Source of the DNA: Candidatus Latescibacterota bacterium
Lineage (GTDB): Bacteria > Latescibacterota > UBA2968 > UBA8231
Direction of reading: 5' to 3'
DNA length: 64,000 nucleotides
Assembly: GCA_964291625.2 (NCBI GenBank)
Contig: OZ220089.1
Coordinates: 2,016,001 to 2,080,000, forward strand
The position numbers and the translations under genes were made by a program. Under the pieces are notes generated by a model. That model did no database searches. It was not told the DNA's origin and was given only the letters and a program-made list of their open reading frames with translations. This document shows positions 1-12,310 of this stretch, one piece after another (the stretch's first letter is position 1; each line of letters opens with the position of its first letter).

Positions 1-2424
1 GCGCAGCGATTCGTCGGCCGCCGGCATGTCGCACAGGTGCACGCTCTCGGGCGCGTCCGGCTCCCGGGCGAGGTTGCGGTAGATCGCCTCGGTCACGTAC
101 GGCAGCACCGGCGCCAGGCTCCTGGCGAAGGTGAGCAGGACCCGGTGCAGCGTGGCGTACGCCGAGTCGTTGTCGGCGCCCTCCTCGGCCTTCCAGAACC
201 GGCGGCGGCTGCGGCGGATGTACCAGTTCGTCAGCTTGTCGACGAAGGCGACCATGGCCGGTACCGTGCGGTAGAGCCGGTAGGCCTCCATCTCCTCGTT
301 GATCGTGTGGACCAGGGTCTGCAGCTCCGACAGGATCCAGCGGTCGAGCCTGTTGGCCGGCCGTCTCCCGTCCGCGGCGTCCGGAGACCAGCCGTCGGTG
401 TTGGCGTAGAGCACGAAGAAGTGGTAGGCGCTCCACAGGGGGATAATCACGTCCCGCAGGCTCTGCTTGATGCCCTCCTCGGTGAGGCGCATCTCCTCGG
501 CCTTCATGGCCGGCGAGTTGAGCAGGTAGAGGCGCAGGGCGTCGGCGCCGTAGGTCTCGAGCATCTCCGCCGGGTCGGGGTAGTTCTTCAGGCGCTTGCT
601 CAGCTTGCGCCCGTCGGCGGCCAGCAGCATGCCCCCGACGATGCAGTTGTGGAAGGCCGGCTTGTCGAAGAGCGCCGCCGCCAGGATCGTCAGGGTGTAG
701 AACCACCCCCGGGTCTGGTCGAGGTTCTCGGAGATGAAGTCGGCCGGGAAGGAGGCCTCGAAGTCCTGGCGCCGGCCGAAGGGGTAGTGGCTCTGGGCGT
801 AGGGCATGGCGCCGGACTCGAACCAGCAGTCGAGGACCTCCGGCACACGCCGCAGGGTTCCCCGGCCCGAAGGCGCCGGGATCTCGAGATCGTCGACGAA
901 GTGCTTGTGCAGATCGTCCACCTCGCGGCCGGTCAGCTCGCTCAGCTCTCGCCGGCTGCCGATGCACACGGCCTCGCCCGTCTCGTCGTTGCGCCAGATC
1001 GGCAGCGGCGTCCCCCAGTAGCGGTTGCGGCTCACGGCCCAGTCCGGGGCCGACTCGACGCCCTTGCCGAAGCGGCCGTCGCGGATGTGCCCGGGCACCC
1101 ACCGGATCCGCCGGTTGGCGGCCAGCATCCGCTCCTTCACCTCGCCCTCGATCTTCACGAACCAGGTGGAGACGGCGCGGTAGATGAGGGGCGAGTCGCA
1201 GCGCCAGCAGAACGGGTAGGAGTGCTCGATGGTGCTCTCGGAGAGCAGCCGTCCCGAGGCGCGCAACCGCCGGATGATGGGGGTGTCCGTCTCCTTGACG
1301 AAGACGCCCTCGAACTCCGGGACCTCGCCGGTGAAGCAGCAGTCGGCGTCGAGGGGGCAGACGACGGGCAGGCCCTCGGCGCGGCCGAGCTGGTAGTCGT
1401 CCTCGCCGAAGCCGGGGGCGATGTGGACGATGCCGGTGCCCTCGCCGGTGGAGACGAAGTCGGCGGCCGCGACGCGGAAGGCCCCCTGGTCGGCGAGGCC
1501 GGCGAAGTCGTCGAAGAGGGGCTCGTAGCGCAGCCCGAGGAGGTCGTCCACGGCGACGGGTGTCACCTCGGCGACCTCGCTGTGGTGCCGGCGGAAGATG
1601 CCGTCCACGAGGGAGGCGGCCAGGATCAGCCGCTCTCCGTCGGCGGTGGTGACGCGCACGTAGTCGATGTCGCGGCCCACGGCCAGGGCCATGTTGGAGG
1701 GCAGGGTCCACGGCGTCGTGGTCCAGGCGAGCAGGGACAGGCCCGGCTCCCCGGCCACGGGGAAACGAACCGTGATCGACGGGTCCTGGGTCTCCCGGTA
1801 GCCCTGGTTGACCTCGAAGTTCGACAGCGGCGTCGCGCACCGGGGACAGTAGGCGAGGGACTTGTGGCCCTCGTAGACCAGGCCCTTGTCCCACAGCGAC
1901 TTGAACACCCACCACAGCGACTCCATGAACTCGGGGTCCATCGTCCGGTACTGATCGTCCCAGTCGACCCAGCGCCCCAGGCGCTCGATCAGGCTGCGCC
2001 ACTGGCCCGTGTAGCGCAGCACCAGGTCCCGGCAGGCCTCGTTGAACCGGGACACCCCGTACTCGAGGATGTCCCGCCTCGACCCGAGACCGAGCTGCTG
2101 CTCGGCCTCGTTCTCCACCGGCAGGCCGTGACAGTCCCAACCCCAGCGGCGCTCGACCCGGTAGCCGCGCATCGTCCAGTAGCGCGGCACCACGTCCTTG
2201 GTGATCGAGGCCAGCAGGTGCCCGTAGTGGGGCAGGCCGGTGGCGAAGGGCGGGCCGTCGTAGAACCGGAAGGGCCGCTCGGCGGGCCGGGCGAGGACGG
2301 ACTTGCGGTAGAGGTCTCCGGCGCGCCACAGCTCGAGGATGCGGCGCTCCTGGGCGGGGAAGTCGACCTGGCTCGGCACCTTGTCGAAGGCCGGCGCCGC
2401 GGGGCGTGGGGCGGCGGCGGTCAC
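1..2424 (-). CDS. ileS: Isoleucine--tRNA ligase (type 2), 3' end runs off the window
   Basis: Hand translation of the minus strand gives FYDGPPFATGLPHYGH, GWDCHGLPVE, DQTRGWFY and DGRKLSKR (KMSKS-like). The GTG at 2424 overlaps the yggT stop. It is absent from the ORF track because it is truncated. Confidence 0.95.
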   Translation of the reverse strand, partial: MTAAAPRPAAPAFDKVPSQVDFPAQERRILELWRAGDLYRKSVLARPAERPFRFYDGPPFATGLPHYGHLLASITKDVVPRYWTMRGYRVERRWGWDCHGLPVENEAEQQLGLGSRRDILEYGVSRFNEACRDLVLRYTGQWRSLIERLGRWVDWDDQYRTMDPEFMESLWWVFKSLWDKGLVYEGHKSLAYCPRCATPLSNFEVNQGYRETQDPSITVRFPVAGEPGLSLLAWTTTPWTLPSNMALAVGRDIDYVRVTTADGERLILAASLVDGIFRRHHSEVAEVTPVAVDDLLGLRYEPLFDDFAGLADQGAFRVAAADFVSTGEGTGIVHIAPGFGEDDYQLGRAEGLPVVCPLDADCCFTGEVPEFEGVFVKETDTPIIRRLRASGRLLSESTIEHSYPFCWRCDSPLIYRAVSTWFVKIEGEVKERMLAANRRIRWVPGHIRDGRFGKGVESAPDWAVSRNRYWGTPLPIWRNDETGEAVCIGSRRELSELTGREVDDLHKHFVDDLEIPAPSGRGTLRRVPEVLDCWFESGAMPYAQSHYPFGRRQDFEASFPADFISENLDQTRGWFYTLTILAAALFDKPAFHNCIVGGMLLAADGRKLSKRLKNYPDPAEMLETYGADALRLYLLNSPAMKAEEMRLTEEGIKQSLRDVIIPLWSAYHFFVLYANTDGWSPDAADGRRPANRLDRWILSELQTLVHTINEEMEAYRLYRTVPAMVAFVDKLTNWYIRRSRRRFWKAEEGADNDSAYATLHRVLLTFARSLAPVLPYVTEAIYRNLAREPDAPESVHLCDMPAADESLR

Positions 2425-2726
2425 AGGCGCAGGTTCCTCAGGAAGAGCTGCACGACCTGGATCAGCAGGATCAGCACGAGGGGGGTGAAGTCGAGCCCGG
2501 AGGACCACATGAACCGCGGGATGTAGCGGCGCAGGCCGTCGAGGGCCGGATCGGTCAGCCCGCACAGGATCTGCACGAGCCGGTTGTAGGGATCGGGGTT
2601 GATCCACGAGATGATGACCCGGGCCACGACGATGATCAGGTAGACCATCAGCAGGCCGTCGATCAGGTCGATCACCCCGGAGAGGAATCCGGAGCCGTCG
2701 AAGACGGACAGCTCGGAATCGGACAC
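2421..2726 (-). CDS. yggT: YggT family membrane protein
   Basis: ISWINPDPYN...LTDPAL...GLDFTP pattern; lies next to yggS. Confidence 0.9.
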   Translation of the reverse strand: MSDSELSVFDGSGFLSGVIDLIDGLLMVYLIIVVARVIISWINPDPYNRLVQILCGLTDPALDGLRRYIPRFMWSSGLDFTPLVLILLIQVVQLFLRNLRL

Positions 2727-2732
2727 GTCGAC

Positions 2733-3434
2733 TCAGCCTTCCCTGCCGGGGGCCGCCGGCGCCGCCGGCCGGGGGCCGAAGACGGCGGTGCCGACGCGGA
2801 TCATGGTCGCGCCCTCCTCGATGGCCATTTCGTAGTCGCCGCTCATCCCCATGGACAGGGTGGTCATGCCCGCCGGCAGGCGGCGACCGAGGTCCCGCAG
2901 GCAGCGGAAGCAGGCCCGCACCCGCTCCTGTTCGCTGCTGTGGGCCGCGATCGTCATCAGACCCCGGACCCGCAGGCCCTCGAGGGTTGCCGCCGTCTTT
3001 GCCAAGGCGGGGAGGTCGCCGGGATCGACACCGCCCTGGTGCTCGGCGCCGGCCGTGTTGACCTGCAGCAGCACCTCGATGGTGCGCCCCTCGACGGCGG
3101 CGCGGCGCGAGAGCGCTTCGGCCAGCCGGAGGCTGTCGACGGACTGCACCATGTCGAAGATCTCGACGGCCCGGCCCGCCTTGTTGCGCTGCAGGCCGCC
3201 CACCAGGTGCCAGCGCGCCGGCGTCGCTACGGCCTCCTTCTTGGGCCCGGCCTCCTGAACGCGGTTCTCACCGATGTCGGTGACGCCCGCCTCCAGGGCC
3301 GCGGCCACCTCCCCGGGGGTGCGGCCCTTCGTTACCACCACCAACTGCACCTCGTCCGGCCGCCGCCCCGAGCGCTCGGCGGCCTCGGCGACACGCCGCC
3401 GGACCTCCTCCCAGTTGCGCGCGATGGGGTTCAT
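2733..3434 (-). CDS. yggS: YggS/PLPBP pyridoxal phosphate homeostasis protein
   Basis: VVVTK, GENRVQE, WHLVGGLQRNK, GLMT, LSMGMSGDY and IRVGTAVFG motifs; start taken at ATG 3434. Confidence 0.95.
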   Translation of the reverse strand: MNPIARNWEEVRRRVAEAAERSGRRPDEVQLVVVTKGRTPGEVAAALEAGVTDIGENRVQEAGPKKEAVATPARWHLVGGLQRNKAGRAVEIFDMVQSVDSLRLAEALSRRAAVEGRTIEVLLQVNTAGAEHQGGVDPGDLPALAKTAATLEGLRVRGLMTIAAHSSEQERVRACFRCLRDLGRRLPAGMTTLSMGMSGDYEMAIEEGATMIRVGTAVFGPRPAAPAAPGREG

Positions 3435-3506
3435 GACGGCCTGTGCACGAGACGGATGCGGAAGGTACTGGGCGCGTGGTACTGACACAAGAACACCGGC
3501 CCGTGG

Positions 3507-4721
3507 CTAGTCGCCGCCCGACTCGCGCCGCCGCCAGGCGGCGAGGGCCGCCAGGATGACACCGCAGAGGAGCAGATCGGCCAGCACGACCCGCCTCAGA
3601 AGATCGCCGTGCTCCGGAGACAGGAACGCGGCGAAGGCGCCGCTGCCGAGGACCAGGTCCCCCGCGATGATGCCCCTTGGCAGCAGCAGCCATCCCGACC
3701 CGCGGGAGAACTCGCCGCTCGCGGGCAGGGGATACCACAGGGCCGGCCCGACGACGCGCGCCGCCAGGAGGACCCCCAGTTGGGCGAGCAGGATCTGGTA
3801 CGGCCACGAGGCTCGCGGCGGCACCAGGGAGAGAGCATCCGTCGAGACCACGAGGAGAGCGGCGAAGAGGAGGATCGAGATCGGCCGCACCGGCGCCAGG
3901 CGCCGCTCGAGGTCGCCCCCCGGCCCTTCGCGCGCTCCCAGGAGGAGCCCGGCGCCGAGACCGATGGGGAGCGACGGCAGACCGGCGTGGAAGGCCCAGC
4001 AGGCGCCGATGAGGGTGAGCGCTCCCAGGGCGAGAAGGGAGCTGTCCCGCCGCTCCAGGATACGCGTCCACCGCAGGACCTGGGCCGCCGCGGCTCCCCC
4101 GGCTCCGGAGAGGACCAACAGGGCGAGCCACTCCCGGGCCTCTGGGGCCACCCAGCGGGATCCGGCCTCCAGCAGCAGCACCGCGGCGAGCAGGAGCAGG
4201 GCGATGCCGGAGCCCAGGAGGGCGATGACCTGGGTCTCCCGGCCGCGCTGGAACTCGGCCACCAGGGGGCCCCAGAAGGAGGCGATGGCGGCCAGCACGA
4301 GAGCCACCGGCCAGGGGAGCCGTCCCGCCAGCCCGAAGACCGCCGTGAGGGCCGCGAAGGTGACCAGCGTCGACCCGGCCACGACCAGGGGCAGCCAGCG
4401 GCTGCGGCGCTCCGACGGCCAGCGCGCACCCAGCCCCACCAGGAGCCCTGCCCATACGCCGGCCCCGGTTCCGGCCAGCGACAGCAGGGGCTCGCGGGAG
4501 GCGTCGATGGCGTCGAGGGCCGAGGGGCCGAGCAGGTAGGCGCCGAGGATCCACGCCGTCAGCGCCGGCAGGCCGGCCCGGGCGAGGACGCCCTGGGCGG
4601 TGACCGCCAGCAGCAGGAGGACGCCGAACCCCCACAGGGACTCGTACCCCGTGCGCCCCGCCGGCGGCGGAGCCACCGCCGCCAGGGCCAGGAGGATGGC
4701 ACAGACTCCGAAGCTGCGCAT
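3507..4721 (-). CDS. Polytopic membrane protein, cation:proton antiporter-like
   Basis: About 12 hydrophobic segments; GYLLGP-like and GWLLLPRG motifs resemble CPA2 transporters. Confidence 0.5.
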   Translation of the reverse strand: MRSFGVCAILLALAAVAPPPAGRTGYESLWGFGVLLLLAVTAQGVLARAGLPALTAWILGAYLLGPSALDAIDASREPLLSLAGTGAGVWAGLLVGLGARWPSERRSRWLPLVVAGSTLVTFAALTAVFGLAGRLPWPVALVLAAIASFWGPLVAEFQRGRETQVIALLGSGIALLLLAAVLLLEAGSRWVAPEAREWLALLVLSGAGGAAAAQVLRWTRILERRDSSLLALGALTLIGACWAFHAGLPSLPIGLGAGLLLGAREGPGGDLERRLAPVRPISILLFAALLVVSTDALSLVPPRASWPYQILLAQLGVLLAARVVGPALWYPLPASGEFSRGSGWLLLPRGIIAGDLVLGSGAFAAFLSPEHGDLLRRVVLADLLLCGVILAALAAWRRRESGGD

Positions 4722-4755
4722 GGGCGGGTCGACCCTGCCGGCGGGCCCGGCCTCC

Positions 4756-7422
<2,667 letters not shown>

Positions 7423-7465
7423 CGGCTTCGCTTGCGGTAACCCATCGGGCGGGTCGGGAAAAGGT

Positions 7466-8476
7466 TCACGGCGCCGGGGCGGCCTGTATGCGGCCCTGCA
7501 GCCCGTCCGAGTGGACGCGGCGCAGATAGCCTCCGTCCTCGTAGTACACCATCACCTCGAGGCTGTCGTCGGCCGCCGCCCATTCCAGGGCCGGACCCGG
7601 GCCGGCCACGAAGGCCGCCGTGGCCAGGGCATCGGCCTCGAGGGCAGTGCGCGCCCAGGCGGTGGCGCTGACCGCCCTCCCGGCCGGATACCCGGTGGCC
7701 GGGTCGAGCAGGTGGTGGTACCGGCGGCCCTCGCTCTCGAAGGCCAACTCGTAGTCGCCCGACGTGGCCAGCGCCGGCAGCCCCACATCCTCCACGGCGA
7801 CGGTATCCGCCGGGTCGCGGGGGTGCTGCACGCCGAAGCGCCAGGGCCGTCCGTCGGGCTTCCGCCCCCAGAACCGCAGGTCGCCGCCGGCCTCGACGAC
7901 GCCTGCCTCCACCCCGGCCGCCCGCAGCAGGTCCACGGTGCGGTCGACGACGTGTCCTTTGGCCGCGGCCCCCAGATCGAGCCGCACGCCGGCCCGTTCG
8001 AAGATCACCCGGCCCTGGCTCAGGCGCACCTGCTCGTAGCCGCCCAGGGCCAGGGCCGAATCGATCGAGGCCGGTGCCGGAGGGCGACGCGCCTCGGGAA
8101 ACCCCCAGAGCGCCGTCAGGGCCCCCAGGGCCGGATCGAAGGCGCCGTCCGTACGCCTCGCCAGCTCGAGCGCGGGCGCCAGGACCTGGTGCAACTCCTC
8201 CGACAGCGCCTCCGGCTGCCCCGGGGCGATGCCGTGCAGCCGTGCGATCTCGCTCGAGCCGCCGTAGTGCGTAAGCGCCGAGTCGAGCCGGTCGATCAGC
8301 CCCCAGGCCTGCGCGAACAACGGCGGCGCCCGGTCCTCGTCGGCGAACAGGGCCACGCGCACCACCGTGCCCATGGCCACGTGATAGCCCTCGACGGGAA
8401 CGGCCGGGCCGGGCCTCGGCAGCAGCCAGAGGAACGCCGCCAGCCCCGCGAGGCCCGCCAGGACCCTGGCCTTCAA
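7466..8476 (-). CDS. apbE: FAD:protein FMN transferase (ApbE)
   Basis: AMGT, GAFDP, LDLGAAAKG, EAGGD, ATSGDYE, YHHLLDP, ADALATA; TTG start at 8476 followed by an N-terminal hydrophobic anchor. Confidence 0.93.
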   Translation of the reverse strand: MKARVLAGLAGLAAFLWLLPRPGPAVPVEGYHVAMGTVVRVALFADEDRAPPLFAQAWGLIDRLDSALTHYGGSSEIARLHGIAPGQPEALSEELHQVLAPALELARRTDGAFDPALGALTALWGFPEARRPPAPASIDSALALGGYEQVRLSQGRVIFERAGVRLDLGAAAKGHVVDRTVDLLRAAGVEAGVVEAGGDLRFWGRKPDGRPWRFGVQHPRDPADTVAVEDVGLPALATSGDYELAFESEGRRYHHLLDPATGYPAGRAVSATAWARTALEADALATAAFVAGPGPALEWAAADDSLEVMVYYEDGGYLRRVHSDGLQGRIQAAPAP

Positions 8477-8483
8477 GGGCCCG

Positions 8484-9470
8484 TCAGCTGTCCCGCTCGA
8501 CCACCAGACGCACCGTGGTCTCCAGGATCGTGCGCTCCACGGAGGGCTCGAGCACCTCCAGGCACGCCTGGGCGCGGTCGGCGCACTCCCGGGCCGCGGC
8601 GCTGGCCGCGGCGACCCCGCCGCGCCGGTCGACGAAGTCGAAGACGCGGTTCCAGTCCTCCTCCTGGGGCTCCGGAGCCGACAACACACGGACGATCTCG
8701 GCCCGTTCGGCCTCGCGAGCCGCCGCCAGCGACTTGATCAGGGGCAGGGTGATCTTGCGCTCCCGCAGGTCGCGGCCAACGGGCTTGCCCAGGGTCGACT
8801 CGTCACCGGTGAAATCGAGAATGTCGTCGGCGATCTGGAAGGCCAGCCCCAGGGATTCGCCGTACTTCGTCAGGCTCTCCACCACCTCCGCGGGAGCCCC
8901 GGCCAGCAGGGGTCCGATGCGGCAGGCGGCCGAAATCAGCGAGGCCGTCTTGTCGCTCACCATGGCGAAGTACGAGGCCTCGCTCGTGTCGGCCTGCAGC
9001 CCGATCTGGAACTCGAAGATCTCGCCCTTGCTCAGCCGCTCCGTGGCCCCGGAGACCGCCGCCATGACCTGGAGATCGCCCAGGCTGACCAGCAGGCAGA
9101 GGGCGCGGGCGAGGAGGAAGTCGCCCATGAGCACGGCCACGTGGTCGTTCCACTTGCTGTTCACCGTCGCCTGGCCGCGCCGCGTCCCGGCCCCGTCCAC
9201 GACGTCGTCGTGGATCACCGTGGCGGCGTGGATCATCTCCACCCCGACGCCGGCGTCGATGACGCGGTCGTCCCAGCGCCCCGTGGCGCGGGTGCACAGC
9301 ACGGTGAGAGCCGGGCGCAGACGCTTGCCCTTGAGGGCGGCCATGTAACGGGCCACCTCGTGGACCATGTCGACATCGGCCTGGAGCATCTCGTCCAGGC
9401 GCCGCTCGAAGTGGTCGATCTCCTTCTGTATGGGCCCGAGCATCTGGCCCAGCGAACCGGAGGAGGTCAT
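8484..9470 (-). CDS. Long-chain polyprenyl diphosphate synthase (IspB/HepT-like)
   Basis: GKRLRP, HDDVVD (FARM), FQIADDILD (SARM), GKPVGRDL. Confidence 0.93.
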   Translation of the reverse strand: MTSSGSLGQMLGPIQKEIDHFERRLDEMLQADVDMVHEVARYMAALKGKRLRPALTVLCTRATGRWDDRVIDAGVGVEMIHAATVIHDDVVDGAGTRRGQATVNSKWNDHVAVLMGDFLLARALCLLVSLGDLQVMAAVSGATERLSKGEIFEFQIGLQADTSEASYFAMVSDKTASLISAACRIGPLLAGAPAEVVESLTKYGESLGLAFQIADDILDFTGDESTLGKPVGRDLRERKITLPLIKSLAAAREAERAEIVRVLSAPEPQEEDWNRVFDFVDRRGGVAAASAAARECADRAQACLEVLEPSVERTILETTVRLVVERDS

Positions 9471-9562
9471 CAGGGGGTGCGTCGCGCTCGCGCGGCGGCG
9501 TTGGTCGGCGGGAGCAGGGGAGGCAAAAGGGTGAGATTCACGTAACCTTCGGGAAAACATGA

Positions 9563-9591
9563 AGTTTAACGAAGCATGGATGCACTGTCAA
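9563..9591 (-). promoter_or_regulatory. Sigma70-type promoter for the polyprenyl synthase-apbE-secDF run
   Basis: Minus strand TTGACA-17 nt-TAAACT in an AT-richer intergenic gap. Confidence 0.75.
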
Positions 9592-9634
9592 CGAGCCTCA
9601 GGACGGGTGGAGGCCGTCGACCGGCGCCGCTCCT

Positions 9635-10798
9635 CTAGCGGCCGGAATACATCCGTCCGGGGTTGAACAGGCCCCGCGGATCGAGAGTGCTCTTGAGGAT
9701 CCCGTTCATGCGGGCGACACCGGGGCTCAGGGGGGTGAAGGCCCGGGGGTTGGCGTCGCCGGGACCGGTGGCCAGGCGGCAGCCGGCGCCCTCCAGCCGA
9801 GCCACGGCCTCGTGCACGCCGGCGGCGTCGGCATCGGCCGGCAGGACCGCCCACAACAGCCCCCCGCCCCAGTCGAGGCCGCTGCGCCGCAGACCGAAGG
9901 CGGCCATCGCCGAGACCGCCGCCGGAGCCCTCGAGGGCGGCACCGCGATGCGCCACAGGGCCTCGCCCGGAGCCGCCCGGTAGGGCTCCGCCTCCCGCAG
10001 ACCCGACCACAGCCGCGCCGATTCGTCCGCCGCCAGGATCTCCACCGGCCCCGGCGCCTCCGGGGCCAGCTGCGCCACCTGCTGCGCCACCCCCCGCTCC
10101 GAGCCCTCGACGCGGGCGAGCAAGCGGCCCTCGGCGTCGATGGCGAGGCCGCTGATCTCCTCGGGGCGGCGCGACCATTCGAGCAGCCCCGCGGCGGCCT
10201 CGGCCGGGGCCAGCCCACCCACCCGCAAGGTGCGCTCCTCGGTCGGCCGCGGCCAGAGCTTCAGGCACACCTCGGTGAGGATCCCCAGGGTGCCGAAAGC
10301 CCCCACCGTAGCGCGCCACAGGTCGTAGCCCGTCACGTTCTTCACCACCCGGCCGCCGGCCCTCAGCCGCCGGCCGCGGCCGTCCACGAGCTCCACGCCG
10401 AGGACGAAGTCCCGCACCGAGCCCGCCCGGAACCGGCGCGGACCCGCCCAGCCGCAGCTGAGGGTGCCGCCCACGGTGGCCGCCTCGCCCCAGTGCGGCG
10501 GCTCGAAGGCCAGATGCTGGCCGCACCCGGCGAGCAACTCCTCCACCTGCAGCAGCCGCGTGCCCGGCCGCACCACCAGGATCAGCTCCTCCGGCTCGTA
10601 GGTGACCACGCCCGTCAGCCGCGAGAGATCCACCCGCGTGGCCTCTTCGGTCAGGGCCCGGCCGAGGCCGGCCTTCGTGCCTCCGGCGCGCAGCTCGAGC
10701 CGGCGGCCGGAGCCCGCCGCGTCGCGAACCAGCTCCTCCACCTCGGCGGCGTCGGAGGGTGTCGGGACCCGTTCGGGCGATGGGGCGGGGGCAGCCAC
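9635..10798 (-). CDS. glcE: Glycolate oxidase FAD-binding subunit GlcE
   Basis: YEPEEL, LAFEPP, GPRR...RDFVLG, GGRVVKNVTGYDL, DPRGLFNPGR. Confidence 0.9.
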   Translation of the reverse strand: MAAPAPSPERVPTPSDAAEVEELVRDAAGSGRRLELRAGGTKAGLGRALTEEATRVDLSRLTGVVTYEPEELILVVRPGTRLLQVEELLAGCGQHLAFEPPHWGEAATVGGTLSCGWAGPRRFRAGSVRDFVLGVELVDGRGRRLRAGGRVVKNVTGYDLWRATVGAFGTLGILTEVCLKLWPRPTEERTLRVGGLAPAEAAAGLLEWSRRPEEISGLAIDAEGRLLARVEGSERGVAQQVAQLAPEAPGPVEILAADESARLWSGLREAEPYRAAPGEALWRIAVPPSRAPAAVSAMAAFGLRRSGLDWGGGLLWAVLPADADAAGVHEAVARLEGAGCRLATGPGDANPRAFTPLSPGVARMNGILKSTLDPRGLFNPGRMYSGR

Positions 10799-10828
10799 GG
10801 GCTGGGAACCAGCGGAACCCGCGGTCCC

Positions 10829-12310
10829 TCAGAAGCGCTCGAGCTCGGGAAAGGGCAGGCGCCCCCCCGGCACGTGCATGCGGCCTTCGGCGCAGGTGCG
10901 CAGGCTCGGGTAGACCTTGCCCGGGTTGAGCACGCTCGCCGGGTCGAAGGCGCCCTTCAGCTCCTCCTGCAGGTCGAGGTCGTCGTCGGAGAGCTGGCAG
11001 GGCATGAGATCGCGCTTCTCCACCCCGATGCCGTGCTCGCCGGAGAGCACCCCGCCCACCTCGACGCACAGCTTCAGGATCTCGCCGCCGAGCTCCTCGG
11101 CCGGCTCCAGCTCGCCGGCGCTGCTGTCGTAGAGGACCAGCGGATGCAGGTTGCCGTCGCCGGCGTGGAAGACGTTGGCCACGCGCAGACCGTAGGCCTC
11201 CGACAGGGCTGCGATCCGTTCGAGCACCTCGGGCAGCCGGCCGCGGGGGATGGTGCCGTCCATGCAGTAGTAGTCGGGGCTGATGCGGCCCATGGCCGGG
11301 AAGGCGGCCTTGCGGCCGGCCCACAGCCGCTGCCGCTCCTCGGGAGAGTCGGCGCGGGAGACCCGGGTGGCGCCGGCGGCGCTCACGGTCCGCTCCACGG
11401 CGTCGATCTGCTCCTCCACCTCGGCGGCGGGGCCGTCCACCTCCACCAGCAGCAGGGACTCCACGCCGAGGGGGTAGCCGCACCCGAGGAACTCCTCCAC
11501 CGCCTCGATGGAGAGGCGGTCCATGATCTCCATGCCGGCGGGGACGAGGCCGGACCCGATGATGGCGGCCACGGCGCCGGCGGCGGCGGAGACCGAGTCG
11601 AAGACGGCCATCAGGGCCCGCGCCGACTCCGGCTTCGGCAGGATGCGCAGGGTCGCCCGGGTGATCACGCCGAGGAGCCCCTCGGAGCCGGTCAGGAGGG
11701 CGAGCACGTCGTAACCGGAACGCTCCATGGCGGCCGAGCCGATGTCGACGATCTCGCCGTCGGAGAGCACCACTTGCAGGCCGAGAAGGTTGTTCGTCGT
11801 CGTGCCGTACTTCAGACAGTGCACGCCGCCGGCGTTCTCGGCGACGTTGCCGCCGATGGTGCAGGCGATCTGGCTCGACGGGTCGGGGGCGTAGTAGAAG
11901 CCGTGGGGCGCCACCGCGTGGGTGACGGAGAGATTGGGCACCCCCGGCTCGACGGTGACGGTGCGATCCTCCACGTCGATGTCGAGGATGCGGTTCATTC
12001 TCGCCGTGCTCAGGACGACACCGTCGCCGAGGGGCAGGGCGCCGCCCGAGAGACCGGTGCCGGCGCCCCAGGGGACGACGGGGATGTCGAGTTCCGTGCA
12101 GGCGCGCAAGAGGCCGGAGACCTGCCCGGCCGAGGTCGGCAGGGCCACCGCCAACGGCGCCTGTCGGTAGGCGGACAGGCCGTCGCACTCGTAGGCCACG
12201 AGATCCTCGGGCCGGTGGATCAGCCCTCCCTCGTCGACGAGCCGCCCCAGACGCCGGACCAACTCCGCGCGCCGGGCGAGACGCTGCGGCTGCGGCTCGG
12301 CCTGGTTCAT
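10829..12310 (-). CDS. glcD: Glycolate oxidase subunit GlcD (FAD-linked oxidase)
   Basis: AYECDG, GAGTGLSGG, YAPDPSSQIACTIGGNVAENAGG, HAGDGNLHP, GEHGIG; ATG at 12310 overlaps the upstream stop. Confidence 0.92.
   Translation of the reverse strand: MNQAEPQPQRLARRAELVRRLGRLVDEGGLIHRPEDLVAYECDGLSAYRQAPLAVALPTSAGQVSGLLRACTELDIPVVPWGAGTGLSGGALPLGDGVVLSTARMNRILDIDVEDRTVTVEPGVPNLSVTHAVAPHGFYYAPDPSSQIACTIGGNVAENAGGVHCLKYGTTTNNLLGLQVVLSDGEIVDIGSAAMERSGYDVLALLTGSEGLLGVITRATLRILPKPESARALMAVFDSVSAAAGAVAAIIGSGLVPAGMEIMDRLSIEAVEEFLGCGYPLGVESLLLVEVDGPAAEVEEQIDAVERTVSAAGATRVSRADSPEERQRLWAGRKAAFPAMGRISPDYYCMDGTIPRGRLPEVLERIAALSEAYGLRVANVFHAGDGNLHPLVLYDSSAGELEPAEELGGEILKLCVEVGGVLSGEHGIGVEKRDLMPCQLSDDDLDLQEELKGAFDPASVLNPGKVYPSLRTCAEGRMHVPGGRLPFPELERF

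Noticed and set aside
37-2526. 829-aa plus-strand ORF
   Set aside because: Antisense shadow of ileS, typical of high-GC DNA; no motifs.
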